Source: Prochlorococcus marinus str. NATL2A | Lineage (GTDB): Bacteria > Cyanobacteriota > Cyanobacteriia > PCC-6307 > Cyanobiaceae | Length of the DNA stretch: 32,000 nt | NCBI RefSeq assembly: GCF_000012465.1 | Contig: NC_007335.2 | Location: forward strand, 330,001-362,000 | Reading direction: 5' to 3' | Shown: positions 1-9,205 of the stretch, piece by piece | Numbering within the stretch: position 1 is the first letter of the stretch | How the letters are laid out: every line of letters starts with the position of its first letter | Translations under genes and position numbers: made by a program | Notes under the pieces: model-generated | What the model was told of the DNA's origin: nothing | What the model saw: only the letters and a program-made list of their open reading frames with translations | The model's database searches: none

Positions 1-98
1 GATTTAATAAACTTCCTTCAGGCCAGAAAAACGTTCTTATTTTTGGAAGTCTGGCTTTAGCCGCTGCCTGTTTTCTCTCTCTTTATTCTTTGAAATGA
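1..98 (+). CDS. rubA: Rubredoxin RubA, C-terminal fragment (5' end lies outside the window)
   Basis: Frame 3 reads ...FNKLPSGQKNVLIFGSLALAAACFLSLYSLK*, which looks like the C-terminal membrane anchor of cyanobacterial RubA. Its TGA stop overlaps the ycf48 ATG (ATGA). rubA-ycf48-psbEFLJ synteny is conserved in cyanobacteria. Confidence 0.55.
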   Translation, partial: FNKLPSGQKNVLIFGSLALAAACFLSLYSLK

Positions 99-1111
99 AA
101 CGTCTGTTTTCAAATGTCATTAATTTGACCCTTGTCTTAATAGTTGGAGTAGCTCTTAGTGGTTGTACTGTTAGCAATGCTTCCATAGGCTCATCAAGTC
201 CTTGGTCACTAGTTGACCTAGATACTGAAGCAAATCCACTAGATGTTGACTTTGTAGATGACAAAAATGGGTTCTTAGTAGGGACAAACAGATTAATTCT
301 TGAGACAAATGATGGAGGAATAACTTGGAAAGAAAGAAATTTAGACATACCAAGCGAAGGTAATTTTCGTTTAATAAGCGTTGATTTCAAAGGCCAAGAA
401 GGTTGGATTGCAGGTCAACCAGGATTGATTCTTCATACCACTGATGGAGGAAAAAATTGGACTCGTCTTGATTTGGGAAATAAGTTACCTGGAGATCCGT
501 ATTTGATAACAACAATTGATACTGATATTGCTGAGTTAGCAACTACTGCCGGGGCAATTTATAAAACTACCGATGCTGGTACCAATTGGGAAGCAATCGT
601 TGTTGATACTTCTGGCTCTGGAGGCATAAGAGAATTAAGACGTACAAATAACGGTGGATATATAAGTGTTAGTAGCCTTGGTAACTTCTTCTCAGTCCTA
701 AGACCTGGAGAAGAGATATGGAGCCCTCATCAAAGAGCAAGTAGTAAGAGAGTTCAAAGTGTTGGTGAACAGCCAAATGGTGATTTATGGATGCTTTCTA
801 GAGGAGCTGAAATCAGATTTAATGCAGATCCTGATGATATCGATTCATGGTCAAAGCCCATTATCCCAATAGTTAATGGGTATAACTATCAAGATCTTGT
901 TTGGGATCCATCTAAGTCGATTTGGGCCGCTGGAGGAAATGGAACTTTATTAGTGAGCAATGATGAGGGAAAAACTTGGGAAAAAGACCCTGTTGGTGAA
1001 TCTGTTCCAACAAATTTCATAAGAATTCTATTTCTGGACGATTTAAACAGTGAGAGTCCTAAGGGATTTGTATTTGGAGAAAGGGGCAATTTACTGCGGT
1101 GGCAGGGTTGA
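95..1111 (+). CDS. ycf48: Photosystem II assembly/stability factor Ycf48 (HCF136 homologue), lipoprotein
   Basis: 338 aa ORF. N-terminal signal peptide with lipobox LSGC. Repeated beta-propeller motifs (TxDGGxxW: TNDGGITW, TTDGGKNW, TTDAGTNW, SNDEGKTW). Sits directly upstream of psbE. Confidence 0.9.
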   Translation: MKRLFSNVINLTLVLIVGVALSGCTVSNASIGSSSPWSLVDLDTEANPLDVDFVDDKNGFLVGTNRLILETNDGGITWKERNLDIPSEGNFRLISVDFKGQEGWIAGQPGLILHTTDGGKNWTRLDLGNKLPGDPYLITTIDTDIAELATTAGAIYKTTDAGTNWEAIVVDTSGSGGIRELRRTNNGGYISVSSLGNFFSVLRPGEEIWSPHQRASSKRVQSVGEQPNGDLWMLSRGAEIRFNADPDDIDSWSKPIIPIVNGYNYQDLVWDPSKSIWAAGGNGTLLVSNDEGKTWEKDPVGESVPTNFIRILFLDDLNSESPKGFVFGERGNLLRWQG

Positions 1112-1218
1112 AATCATAAATTTTTGATGATTTCCATGACTCTGTGTAACCACCTTGCAACACAGACCGTTTCTTTTGGTTTCGCTTGATAAGATCACTG
1201 AGCTGATTAAGTGAGGCT

Positions 1219-1467
1219 ATGGCTGCCGGCTCTACCGGGGAACGCCCGTTTTTTGAGATCATTACTAGTGTCCGCTATTGGATTATCCATGCGGTAGCAC
1301 TTCCTGCGATCTTCGTGGCAGGATTCTTATTTGTGTCTTCTGGGCTTGCCTACGACGCTTTTGGAACTCCTAGACCAGATACGTATTTTCAGGCTGGAGA
1401 AAGCAAAGCTCCTGTTGTTGTTCAGCGCTTTGATTCCAAGGCGGAACTTGACACGCGTCTGAAATAA
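1219..1467 (+). CDS. psbE: Cytochrome b559 alpha subunit (PsbE)
   Basis: 82 aa with [32 protein letters not shown]..., including the heme-ligand His in the RYWIIH motif. Typical PsbE length. Confidence 0.97.
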
Positions 1468-1496
1468 ACAAATTTCATCTGATTGCTTTATTATCC

Positions 1497-1616
1497 ATGC
1501 AAGTCAATCCAAATCCAAATAAAGTTCCGGTTGAATTAAACCGAACTAGTCTTTATCTTGGACTCTTACTTGTTTTTGTAATGGGAATTCTTTTTTCCAG
1601 TTACTTCTTTAACTAA
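1497..1616 (+). CDS. psbL: Photosystem II protein L (PsbL)
   Basis: Hand-translated 39 aa: [39 protein letters not shown]. Matches the PsbL consensus (VELNRTSLY...FSxYFFN). Too short to appear in the ORF track. Confidence 0.93.
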
Positions 1617-1627
1617 ATCTCTTTATC

Positions 1628-1825
1628 ATGAGCAAATTAAAAGGACCTGATGGACGAGCAGGAGATCGTCTGCCAAATGGTATGCCTGCAGTCTCCTGGG
1701 AAAGAAGGTGGACAGAGGGAGCACTACCTTTGTGGTTAGTCGCTACTGCAGGTGGAACAGCTGTTATTTTTGTTCTTGGTATTTTCTTTTACGGTTCTTA
1801 CACTGGTATTGGTAACGCTGGTTAG
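1628..1825 (+). CDS. psbJ: Photosystem II protein J (PsbJ), long picocyanobacterial form
   Basis: 65 aa ending ...[33 protein letters not shown], the PsbJ C-terminal consensus. Occupies the last position of the psbE operon. Confidence 0.92.
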   Translation: MSKLKGPDGRAGDRLPNGMPAVSWERRWTEGALPLWLVATAGGTAVIFVLGIFFYGSYTGIGNAG

Positions 1826-1862
1826 TTTTAACTAGAAAAATACTATTTTTTTGAAATAACTT

Positions 1863-1898
1863 AAAACCAACTGACTTTTATTGTTAGTTGGTTTTTTT
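1863..1898. terminator. Hairpin plus T-run between the convergent genes psbJ and mtnP (possible bidirectional terminator)
   Basis: AAAACCAACT (1863-1872) pairs with AGTTGGTTTT (1886-1895). The loop is 13 nt and T residues follow. Confidence 0.45.
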
Positions 1899-2829
1899 AA
1901 TGCCAATATTTATCCGTAAATAATTTGATCTTGCTTTTAGTCTTTTCTGGAACATGCTCTTCTGGGGTGACTAAGGCATCTTTTAATGCACTGTGAAAAG
2001 AGCTTGGCGGCCTTAATGATGAGACTCTTTTAGCAACAGCAGAAATTATTGATTTTGCAAAATTTGCATTTTCCTGGAGATTTTCAATGACCATTTCTAC
2101 AGATACATTTTCGCAATTTTGATTCCAGCAATCATAATCAGTAACCATTGAGAGGCTGGAATATGCGATTTCGGCTTCTTTTGCCAATCTAGCTTCAGTA
2201 TGGTTTGTCATACCTATTATTGAGCATCCCCAATCTCTATATAAGTTTGATTCTGCTCTTGTTGAAAAGGCTGGTCCCTCCATAGCAAGATATGTTCCTC
2301 CAATATGCATTTTTTTGTCTTTTGTTAAAAGTTTTTCTATTTCTTTCGAAAGTATTTGAGAAAGAATGTCGCAAAATGGATTTGCCATGCTTATGTGCGC
2401 TACAACTCCATTGTTGAAAAAAGTCAATGGCCTTTGATGAGTGCGATCAATAAATTGATCAGGAATAACAATGTCGCAAGGTTTGATATTTTCTTTTAAT
2501 GATCCCACCGCTGATGCGGATATCAACCATCTAACATTTAGAGAGCGCATAGCCCAGATATTTGCTTTGTATGGAATTTCACTTGGATTTAAAGTATGTT
2601 TCTCTCCGTGGCGAGCAAGAAAAACAATCTCAATTCCAAATAGATTGCCTATTAGTAACTTATTAGATGGTTTCCCATAGGGAGTGTCTAAGCTTAACTC
2701 GACTATGTCTTTAAGATTTTCTATCCTATATAGTCCGCTTCCGCCAATAATTCCTAATCTTGCTTGTTTGAAATCGTAGGCATCTGATTGTGTTCCCGAA
2801 ATATTCAAAAAATCATGTTCAGTGATCAT
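1897..2829 (-). CDS. mtnP: S-methyl-5'-thioadenosine phosphorylase (MTAP/MtnP, PNP family 2)
   Basis: 310 aa with LGIIGGSGLY...GIEIVFLARHG..H...PSEIPYKANIWAMRSLNV...ISASAVGSL and GGTYLAMEGPAFSTRAESNLYR, typical of MTA phosphorylases. The annotated N-terminus overlaps the divergent neighbour. The true start may be an internal TTG near 2808. Confidence 0.85.
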   Translation of the reverse strand: MITEHDFLNISGTQSDAYDFKQARLGIIGGSGLYRIENLKDIVELSLDTPYGKPSNKLLIGNLFGIEIVFLARHGEKHTLNPSEIPYKANIWAMRSLNVRWLISASAVGSLKENIKPCDIVIPDQFIDRTHQRPLTFFNNGVVAHISMANPFCDILSQILSKEIEKLLTKDKKMHIGGTYLAMEGPAFSTRAESNLYRDWGCSIIGMTNHTEARLAKEAEIAYSSLSMVTDYDCWNQNCENVSVEMVIENLQENANFAKSIISAVAKRVSSLRPPSSFHSALKDALVTPEEHVPEKTKSKIKLFTDKYWH

Positions 2830-4995
2830 CTAGTTTTAGCTGGTGGTGGTCATACTCATGCCCTTGTGTTGCTCCAGTGGGCAATGAATCCAAAATTGAA
2901 GCCTGCTGGAATGATTACTTTAGTTAATAAAGCAAGTACAACTGTTTATTCTGGAATGTTTCCAGGTGTCATAGCAGGTAAATACAAGATAGATGAAATA
3001 CTAATTGATTTGAGGAAACTTGCTTTAAAAGCAGGAGTTTCATTTGTGATGGCAGAAATTGAGGGGATCAATCTTAAGGAAAAAAAGTTACTTTTAGAAG
3101 GACGGCCAGAAATTGAATATTCTCTATTATCCCTAAATATAGGAACAAAAACTAATATAAATTCTAAACTTTTTAATAGAGGTGATAAAGATTTAGCTGT
3201 TCCAATTAAACCTTTTTCTGAATCCTATAAATTTATTGTCGATCAAGATATCCACAAGAATGATTCTTCTGCAAAACCATTTGTAATTATTGGTGGTGGA
3301 TTTGCTGGAATAGAAATAGCTTTTTCTTTAAGAAAAAGATGGCCAAAAAGGCCTATTTTATTAAAAGTCAAATCAGGAAGAAATATAAATAAAAACCTGC
3401 TAAGAAATTTAAAGGCCTTAGATATTGAAATCACACAAAAGCAACCATCTATTTTATATCCAAAATTAATATGTACCGGTAATAAATCATTTAATTGGTT
3501 AAAGGATAGTGGTTTACCTATAGATGAGAATGGGAGAGTTCTAACTAAAAAAACTCTTCAAGTCCTTAACTATCCAGAGTTATTTGCTGTAGGAGATTGT
3601 GGTGTCATTAAGGATTATCCTCGACCTTCTTCTGGAGTATGGGCAGTTCGTGCAGCAAAATCACTTGCAAATAATTTAGAGTTTATAACTAAGGGTTTAA
3701 AACTAGAGGAATGGAAACCTCAAAGAAAAGCAATACAACTGTTGGATATCAACATTAGAAAAAAGAAATCTAAAGCTTTTATTTCCTGGGGTGAAGTTAT
3801 TATTGGTCCTTTTGATTTTTTATCAAGTTTAAAAGAATTAATTGATAAACAATTTATCTCTAAATTTGATCTAGTTAAAGATATAAATTCAGATATGTCT
3901 TCTGAAGAAGACATGATTAAATGTAGAGGATGTGCGGCTAAATTAGCTTTTACTCCATTAAGTTCAGCATTAAAAAAAGTAGATTTAATAGAATCTTCAA
4001 AAGATGATTCTATAAATATAGGGATATTAAATTCTGATAAAACTTTGATACAAAGTGTAGATGGATTCCCTTCTTTAATTAGTGATCCTTGGTTAAATGG
4101 AAGACTTTTGGCGTTTCATTCCTGTTCTGATATTTGGGCATGCGGAGGATCTGTGATCTCTGCACAGTCTCTTATTAATTTACCATCCATATCTAATAAT
4201 TTACAGCAAGAATTGTTATATCAAGTTTTGGAAGGTATTAATTCTGCTTTAACTATCCAAGGTGCAAATCTTATAGGTGGACATACATTAGAATCAAGAA
4301 AAATATCTGAAGAGCCTTTTTCCCTAGGAATAGAAAGCTCATTAACTGTAAATGGGGTTATTGATGATAAAAAATATTTTTGGCCTAAGGGAGGAATGAG
4401 AAATGGAGATGAAATTTTAATTAGTCGTTCTTTGGGAACTGGAATTATTTTTTCTGCATTTATGAATGGTCAAGTAAAACCTTATATACTTGATAATGTC
4501 TTAAAAGAAATGAATAAAAGTCAGCATGAGATTGTTAATTATATTAATCAATTAACAAATCTAAATCCACGCTCAAAAATTGTTAATGCATGTACTGATA
4601 TAACTGGATTTGGTTTGCTAGGTCATTTGTCAGAAATGTTGGAATCTACAAATAGTGATCAATTAAAGATGAATTCAGAACCATTTAAAGTCAATCTTGA
4701 ACTGGATAAAATACCATTATATGATGGTGTGAAAGAACTTTTAGATAAAGGCTTTGAAAGCACTTTGGCCCCTGCAAATCAAATTTTCCTAAAAAATATT
4801 GATGGAGATAAAAACTTAAGGTTTGAGCTCACATCTAATGATTCTTGCTCTAATAGATCCTTTTATAATGCCATGCTGAAAATCTTAGTAGACCCACAAA
4901 CTTGTGGCCCTTTGGTTGTTTGTTGTTCATCGATTTATTCAGAAAAACTTATACAGCAAGGACCTTGGATTAAAATAGGTTTTATTTCCAAATAA
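2815..4995 (+). CDS. selD: Fusion protein: N-terminal FAD/NAD(P)-dependent pyridine nucleotide-disulfide oxidoreductase (NDH-2-like) plus C-terminal selenide,water dikinase (SelD, Cys type)
   Basis: Two Rossmann motifs (LAGGGHTH near the N-terminus, IIGGGFAGIE mid-domain, then AVGDCG). From about residue 370 come SelD hallmarks: KCRGCAAKL, VDGFPSLISDPWLNGRLLAFHSCSDIWACGG, GGHT, TDITGFGLLGHL. The ORF track starts at 2788, but the ATG at 2815 (MFSDHLVLAGGGHTH) is the more plausible start. Confidence 0.8.
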   Translation: MFSDHLVLAGGGHTHALVLLQWAMNPKLKPAGMITLVNKASTTVYSGMFPGVIAGKYKIDEILIDLRKLALKAGVSFVMAEIEGINLKEKKLLLEGRPEIEYSLLSLNIGTKTNINSKLFNRGDKDLAVPIKPFSESYKFIVDQDIHKNDSSAKPFVIIGGGFAGIEIAFSLRKRWPKRPILLKVKSGRNINKNLLRNLKALDIEITQKQPSILYPKLICTGNKSFNWLKDSGLPIDENGRVLTKKTLQVLNYPELFAVGDCGVIKDYPRPSSGVWAVRAAKSLANNLEFITKGLKLEEWKPQRKAIQLLDINIRKKKSKAFISWGEVIIGPFDFLSSLKELIDKQFISKFDLVKDINSDMSSEEDMIKCRGCAAKLAFTPLSSALKKVDLIESSKDDSINIGILNSDKTLIQSVDGFPSLISDPWLNGRLLAFHSCSDIWACGGSVISAQSLINLPSISNNLQQELLYQVLEGINSALTIQGANLIGGHTLESRKISEEPFSLGIESSLTVNGVIDDKKYFWPKGGMRNGDEILISRSLGTGIIFSAFMNGQVKPYILDNVLKEMNKSQHEIVNYINQLTNLNPRSKIVNACTDITGFGLLGHLSEMLESTNSDQLKMNSEPFKVNLELDKIPLYDGVKELLDKGFESTLAPANQIFLKNIDGDKNLRFELTSNDSCSNRSFYNAMLKILVDPQTCGPLVVCCSSIYSEKLIQQGPWIKIGFISK

Positions 4996-5010
4996 ATACT
5001 TATTAAATTT

Positions 5011-6267
5011 TTAAAAAGCAATATTTTCATCAATTAATTTCATTCTTTGCCGTTTTATTTCTATTCCTATTTCTGGTCCAGGTTCCCAACCTTTAGCTAT
5101 TAAATCATCTCCTTTTATTGGAGACTCTATATTCTTCCAATTAAATAGCCAAGATTTCAAATATTCTTTTAGTGGGTTATTTCTACATATTTCAAGCATG
5201 AAAGAAGATTCATTAGCATTGATTTTCTCAAGGTTTATTGTCCACTTTGATGGTGACCAATTTTTATATAAATGATTAGCTGTTATATTTTTTAGATATT
5301 TATTTAATCTACAAGCTCCTTCTATTATTTCTTTTTGCTGTTGATTTAAGTGTAATCTATTAGCTAGATAAATAGGGCTTTTAGATTCATAAACAAATGC
5401 TGTTAGGGGTTCAATATTAGACTTCTTTGCAATGAAAATTTTTTCAATAAGTCGTTTATCATTTTGTAATTTCGAATCTACTATTTTTAGCCCTCCACAG
5501 ACTTGTAGATTTTTTAATGCATTCTTCCAATATTTGTCTTCTAAAAGCAATTCTAGTTCCATTTTTAATCTTATTGATAATGCTGAAGGTGCTAAATCAG
5601 TATTATCTCCAATATGCCAATTCCAAGGCCAAAGATTTATTGTATCTTTTATTTGTTTTAAGGCTTGATTTGATAGATCAAAATCTAACTTGGCAGAATA
5701 GCGAGAAGCTCTAATAACTCTAGTTGGGTCATCTAAAACACTTGATTTATGCAAAAAGTCCATTTTCATATTTTCAATTGCATCTGATCCTGAAAATAAA
5801 TCGATTAGTCTATTATCTTTCAGTTCAATTGCCATTGCATTTATATTAAAATCTCTTCTTATTAGATCTTTTTTGATTGTTGATAACTCGACTATTGGGT
5901 TTTCTCCAGGTATTGGATACGTTTCTTTACGAGCAGATGCAATATCAACTTTTATGCCATTAATTATTACTTCTGAGGTTTTGTAATTTCTGTTATCTCG
6001 GATGACTTTTACTCTTTCTGCTCCAAGAACTTTTTGCAATTCTTTTATATAGGTTGAGGTCTCACCTTCAATAATTAAATCTAGATCATTGAAGATAATT
6101 TCATAATTTTGATTTTTAGATTTTTTTATTAAGTCTCTTACAACTCCTCCAACTATTGCAATAGAAGTTATATTGACTGAGCAAGCTGCTTCTAAAATAA
6201 TAGTTAGAATTCCTCTCGGTAATTCTTTTATCTCTTTTTCAATTGTAGATTTATCAAATAATTCCAT
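5011..6267 (-). CDS. tRNA nucleotidyltransferase (CCA-adding) / poly(A) polymerase family protein
   Basis: 418 aa with an N-terminal GGVVRDLI...DLDLIIEG nucleotidyltransferase head motif (GGxVRD ... DxD) and RRDFNINAM downstream. Confidence 0.75.
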   Translation of the reverse strand: MELFDKSTIEKEIKELPRGILTIILEAACSVNITSIAIVGGVVRDLIKKSKNQNYEIIFNDLDLIIEGETSTYIKELQKVLGAERVKVIRDNRNYKTSEVIINGIKVDIASARKETYPIPGENPIVELSTIKKDLIRRDFNINAMAIELKDNRLIDLFSGSDAIENMKMDFLHKSSVLDDPTRVIRASRYSAKLDFDLSNQALKQIKDTINLWPWNWHIGDNTDLAPSALSIRLKMELELLLEDKYWKNALKNLQVCGGLKIVDSKLQNDKRLIEKIFIAKKSNIEPLTAFVYESKSPIYLANRLHLNQQQKEIIEGACRLNKYLKNITANHLYKNWSPSKWTINLEKINANESSFMLEICRNNPLKEYLKSWLFNWKNIESPIKGDDLIAKGWEPGPEIGIEIKRQRMKLIDENIAF

Positions 6268-6310
6268 GAGAAATATGGTTTTAGCTAGTTAACATTTTTC
6301 AGATTAAATC

Positions 6311-8728
6311 TTACTCATCTATCAATTTCAATGGAGCTAGTCTTGGGTCTAATATTTTTGGCCCCATTCCTGAGAATTTTATAGCCAGTGAGATTTTTTC
6401 TCCTGAACCAAAAACATGTGTGATTATCCCTTCTCCAAATGAAGAATGTTCAACTCTATCGTTAACTGACCATCTCTTCCCTGGGGAAGGACCAGAATAT
6501 GTTTTTCTTACTGCATTTTCAGCTTCACTAGGAAAGGACTTTTTATTACTTTGGCGATCAATTCTAGTTAGTCTGTCTAGATTTTTTTCTCTTCTTAATG
6601 TAGCCCCACCAGATAATGGGATATCGCCTTTAACAAGTTCTTCTGGTATTTCGGAGAGGAATATAGATGCGATAGCTGGTTCTCTCATCCCTCCCCACAT
6701 TCTTCTCTCAGATGCATGAAAGAGAAATAGTTTTTCTTTCGCTCTAGTAAGTCCTACGTAACAAAGTCGCCTTTCTTCCTCAAGTGAAGATGGATCATCA
6801 AGCGATCTATAGCTTGGGAATAAGCCTTGCTCCATTCCCACAAGACAAACAACAGGAAATTCCAAACCTTTACTGCTGTGAAGAGTCATTAATGTGACTC
6901 GATTTGACGCAGTGTCTTTATTATCTGCATCGCTTGATAGAGCAGCAGTTGATAAAAAACCTTCTAAATTTGCATCTTCGCTTTCTTCCTGATATTGCAA
7001 CGCGGCATTAACTAATTCTTGAAGATTGCGTCTTCTTTCTTCAGCCTCATCTGTTCCTGTTGCAATTAATTCACTTAAATAGCCACTTTTTTCTAAAACT
7101 AATTGAACCAACTCGGCGGGGCTTGAAGAGAGAAGATGACTTTGTAATTCATTAATAAGCTCACTAAAAATTAAAAGACCTTTGGCTGATCTTCCTGCGA
7201 GAGATCTGACAGCTTCGGGGTCATTTACAACTTCCCAAAGAGGAATTTTTAATTGACTAGCAGCATCACTCAATCTTTGAACTGTTGTTTTGCCAATCCC
7301 TCTTTTAGGAACGTTTAAAACTCTCAGAAGACTGACACTGTCAGATGGATTAATTAAAAGTCTTAAATAAGCTAGTAGATCTTTAATTTCTCTTCGATCA
7401 TAAAAACGTAATCCTCCAACCACAATGTATGGAATACTCCAGCGGACCAATGAGTCCTCAATTGCTCTTGATTGCGCATTGGTTCTATAAAGAATAGCCA
7501 TATCTCCCCAATTTAATTCTGGATTCGAGGCATCTAAAATTCTTAGCCTATGAATAACTGCTTCTGCCTCTGCTATCTCATCGTCACACCTTGTTAATCT
7601 AATAGGCTCACCTTCTCCTCTAGTTGCTCTAAGAACTTTATCTATTCTTTCTTTATTGTTGGAGATTAGTGAATTTGCTGCTTCGAGGATGGTAGAGGTA
7701 GATCGATAATTTTCTTCTAGTTTTACAAGAGTTGAATCATATTTATTGTCTAGGCTTTTCTTTCCAAAGTCCTCTTGAAATCCCATTAGTATCCTAAAGT
7801 CCGCAGCTCTAAAGCTGTAAATACTTTGATCTGCATCGCCAACAACAAAAACGGATCGATTATTCCAATCTTGAAAAGAAGATGGATCTTTACCATTGGT
7901 CACCAACTGTTTAATTAATTCGTATTGTGTCCAATTAGTATCTTGATATTCATCAACTAAAACATGTTTGAAGCGACTGTGCCAATAAGTCCTTATTTTT
8001 TCATTTTGTTGTAGTAATTGAACAGGTATTAATAGAAGATCATCAAAATCTAATGCATTATTAGCAGCTAAAGCTTTTCTATAAAGTCTATAAGTTTCAG
8101 CAACTAATTTTCCTCTTTGACCTTCTTGATTATTTGATAAATCATCAGGAAGTAAGCATTGATTTTTGGCATTACTGATTGCCCATCGTACTTTTTTTGG
8201 TTCAAATCTTTTTGGATCTAATTGTAGATCTTGTGTAACTATTTCTTTGATAAGACTTTGGGCATCTGTTTCGTCATATATTGAAAACTGTTTAGTCCAT
8301 GTCAATCCTTCAGGGTCTTTGAATTTATCGATGTCAAAGCGTAATAATCTCGAAAACAAAGCGTGAAAAGTACCTATCCATAATTCACGACTGATTTCAC
8401 GATGTATACGATTACGAATTTCTCTTTGTTCTGCTACTTGTAAGGCAGTCCAAGGCTTCCCGTGGGTAAGACTTGATAACCTTTTTGCTAAAAGCAATTC
8501 AAGTCTATCTTTCATCTCTCTTGCAGCTTTATTGGTAAAAGTAACTGCAAGAATAGAACTAGGATCAACTTTGTATTCAGTAATTAAATGCGCAATACGA
8601 TGAGTAAGAGCTCTTGTTTTTCCGCTTCCTGCTCCTGCTACAACTAATAATGGACCATGAAAATGATCAACTGCATGTGACTGCGCCTCGTTTAATCCAT
8701 TTAGAAATATACTGTTTGATTGTTTCAT
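6311..8728 (-). CDS. pcrA: ATP-dependent DNA helicase, UvrD/PcrA/Rep family (SF1)
   Basis: 805 aa. Walker A AGAGSGKTRALTHRIAHL, TFTNKAAREM, DEYQDTN, VGDADQSIYSFRAA, NYRST, TLHSSKGLEFPVV, RRLCYVGLTRAK. Confidence 0.9.
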   Translation of the reverse strand: MKQSNSIFLNGLNEAQSHAVDHFHGPLLVVAGAGSGKTRALTHRIAHLITEYKVDPSSILAVTFTNKAAREMKDRLELLLAKRLSSLTHGKPWTALQVAEQREIRNRIHREISRELWIGTFHALFSRLLRFDIDKFKDPEGLTWTKQFSIYDETDAQSLIKEIVTQDLQLDPKRFEPKKVRWAISNAKNQCLLPDDLSNNQEGQRGKLVAETYRLYRKALAANNALDFDDLLLIPVQLLQQNEKIRTYWHSRFKHVLVDEYQDTNWTQYELIKQLVTNGKDPSSFQDWNNRSVFVVGDADQSIYSFRAADFRILMGFQEDFGKKSLDNKYDSTLVKLEENYRSTSTILEAANSLISNNKERIDKVLRATRGEGEPIRLTRCDDEIAEAEAVIHRLRILDASNPELNWGDMAILYRTNAQSRAIEDSLVRWSIPYIVVGGLRFYDRREIKDLLAYLRLLINPSDSVSLLRVLNVPKRGIGKTTVQRLSDAASQLKIPLWEVVNDPEAVRSLAGRSAKGLLIFSELINELQSHLLSSSPAELVQLVLEKSGYLSELIATGTDEAEERRRNLQELVNAALQYQEESEDANLEGFLSTAALSSDADNKDTASNRVTLMTLHSSKGLEFPVVCLVGMEQGLFPSYRSLDDPSSLEEERRLCYVGLTRAKEKLFLFHASERRMWGGMREPAIASIFLSEIPEELVKGDIPLSGGATLRREKNLDRLTRIDRQSNKKSFPSEAENAVRKTYSGPSPGKRWSVNDRVEHSSFGEGIITHVFGSGEKISLAIKFSGMGPKILDPRLAPLKLIDE

Positions 8729-8816
8729 TTTATAGACTTTAAATACATTTAATTGAATTTAGTTTTGCAACATTCATGGGGTACATTTTTATATTATTTA
8801 AGCAGCAAAAATAAAA

Positions 8817-9056
8817 TCATAAAAGCAGATTTGATGTTGCATTTTCTTTTTGTTTATATAGCTTAGAAAGTATTATTTTTATTTTATTAAGTTCTTGATG
8901 AGAGTTGATAATTGATTCGATTTTTCTTTGAGGCATTTTGAGCTTTTGTGAAATAGTTACAACCTCTTTTTCTAAACGATTTTTGTATTCGCTTAGTTCT
9001 TTAATTGACTCTTCAAGTTCTTCTTCAGTTGGACTTTTCATTTTTTTGTTTAACAA
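8817..9056 (-). CDS. Small hypothetical coiled-coil protein
   Basis: 79 aa ORF, charged and heptad-like (EEELEESIKELSEYKNRLEKE). It is the only ORF filling this gap. I recognise no family. Confidence 0.35.
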   Translation of the reverse strand: MLNKKMKSPTEEELEESIKELSEYKNRLEKEVVTISQKLKMPQRKIESIINSHQELNKIKIILSKLYKQKENATSNLLL

Positions 9057-9205
9057 TAGCTCAAATTAGTGATATCCCACTTTGCTTATAAGCTTTTTGA
9101 GATAACTCTATGGTTAGTTTTTCTTGGAAATTTTTCTTACAGTTAAGAAGCATTGCGTTCTTAGGTCTCTTTCAATCAAATTTGACTGTAAGTCTTAAGT
9201 TGAAT

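Noticed and set aside
37-390. 117-aa and 60-aa minus-strand ORFs (37-390, 171-353) antisense to ycf48
   Set aside because: They lie entirely within the well-supported ycf48 coding region, have low-complexity composition and no motif. These are typical shadow ORFs in AT-rich DNA. The same applies to other antisense ORFs in the track: 889-1089, 1059-1262, 2471-2680, 3243-3434, 3720-3914, 5432-5714, 6420-6719, 8166-8366, 11054-11284, 15221-15424, 21682-21903, 23814-24329, 26193-26477, 27270-27584, 29694-29930, 30617-30844.
2788-2814. Upstream ATG giving the 735-aa version of the SelD fusion (MCSRNIQKI...)
   Set aside because: The extra 9 residues precede the Rossmann beta-1 strand, which normally begins within a few residues of the N-terminus, and they deepen the overlap with mtnP. 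The ATG at 2815 is preferred, but this is not proven.
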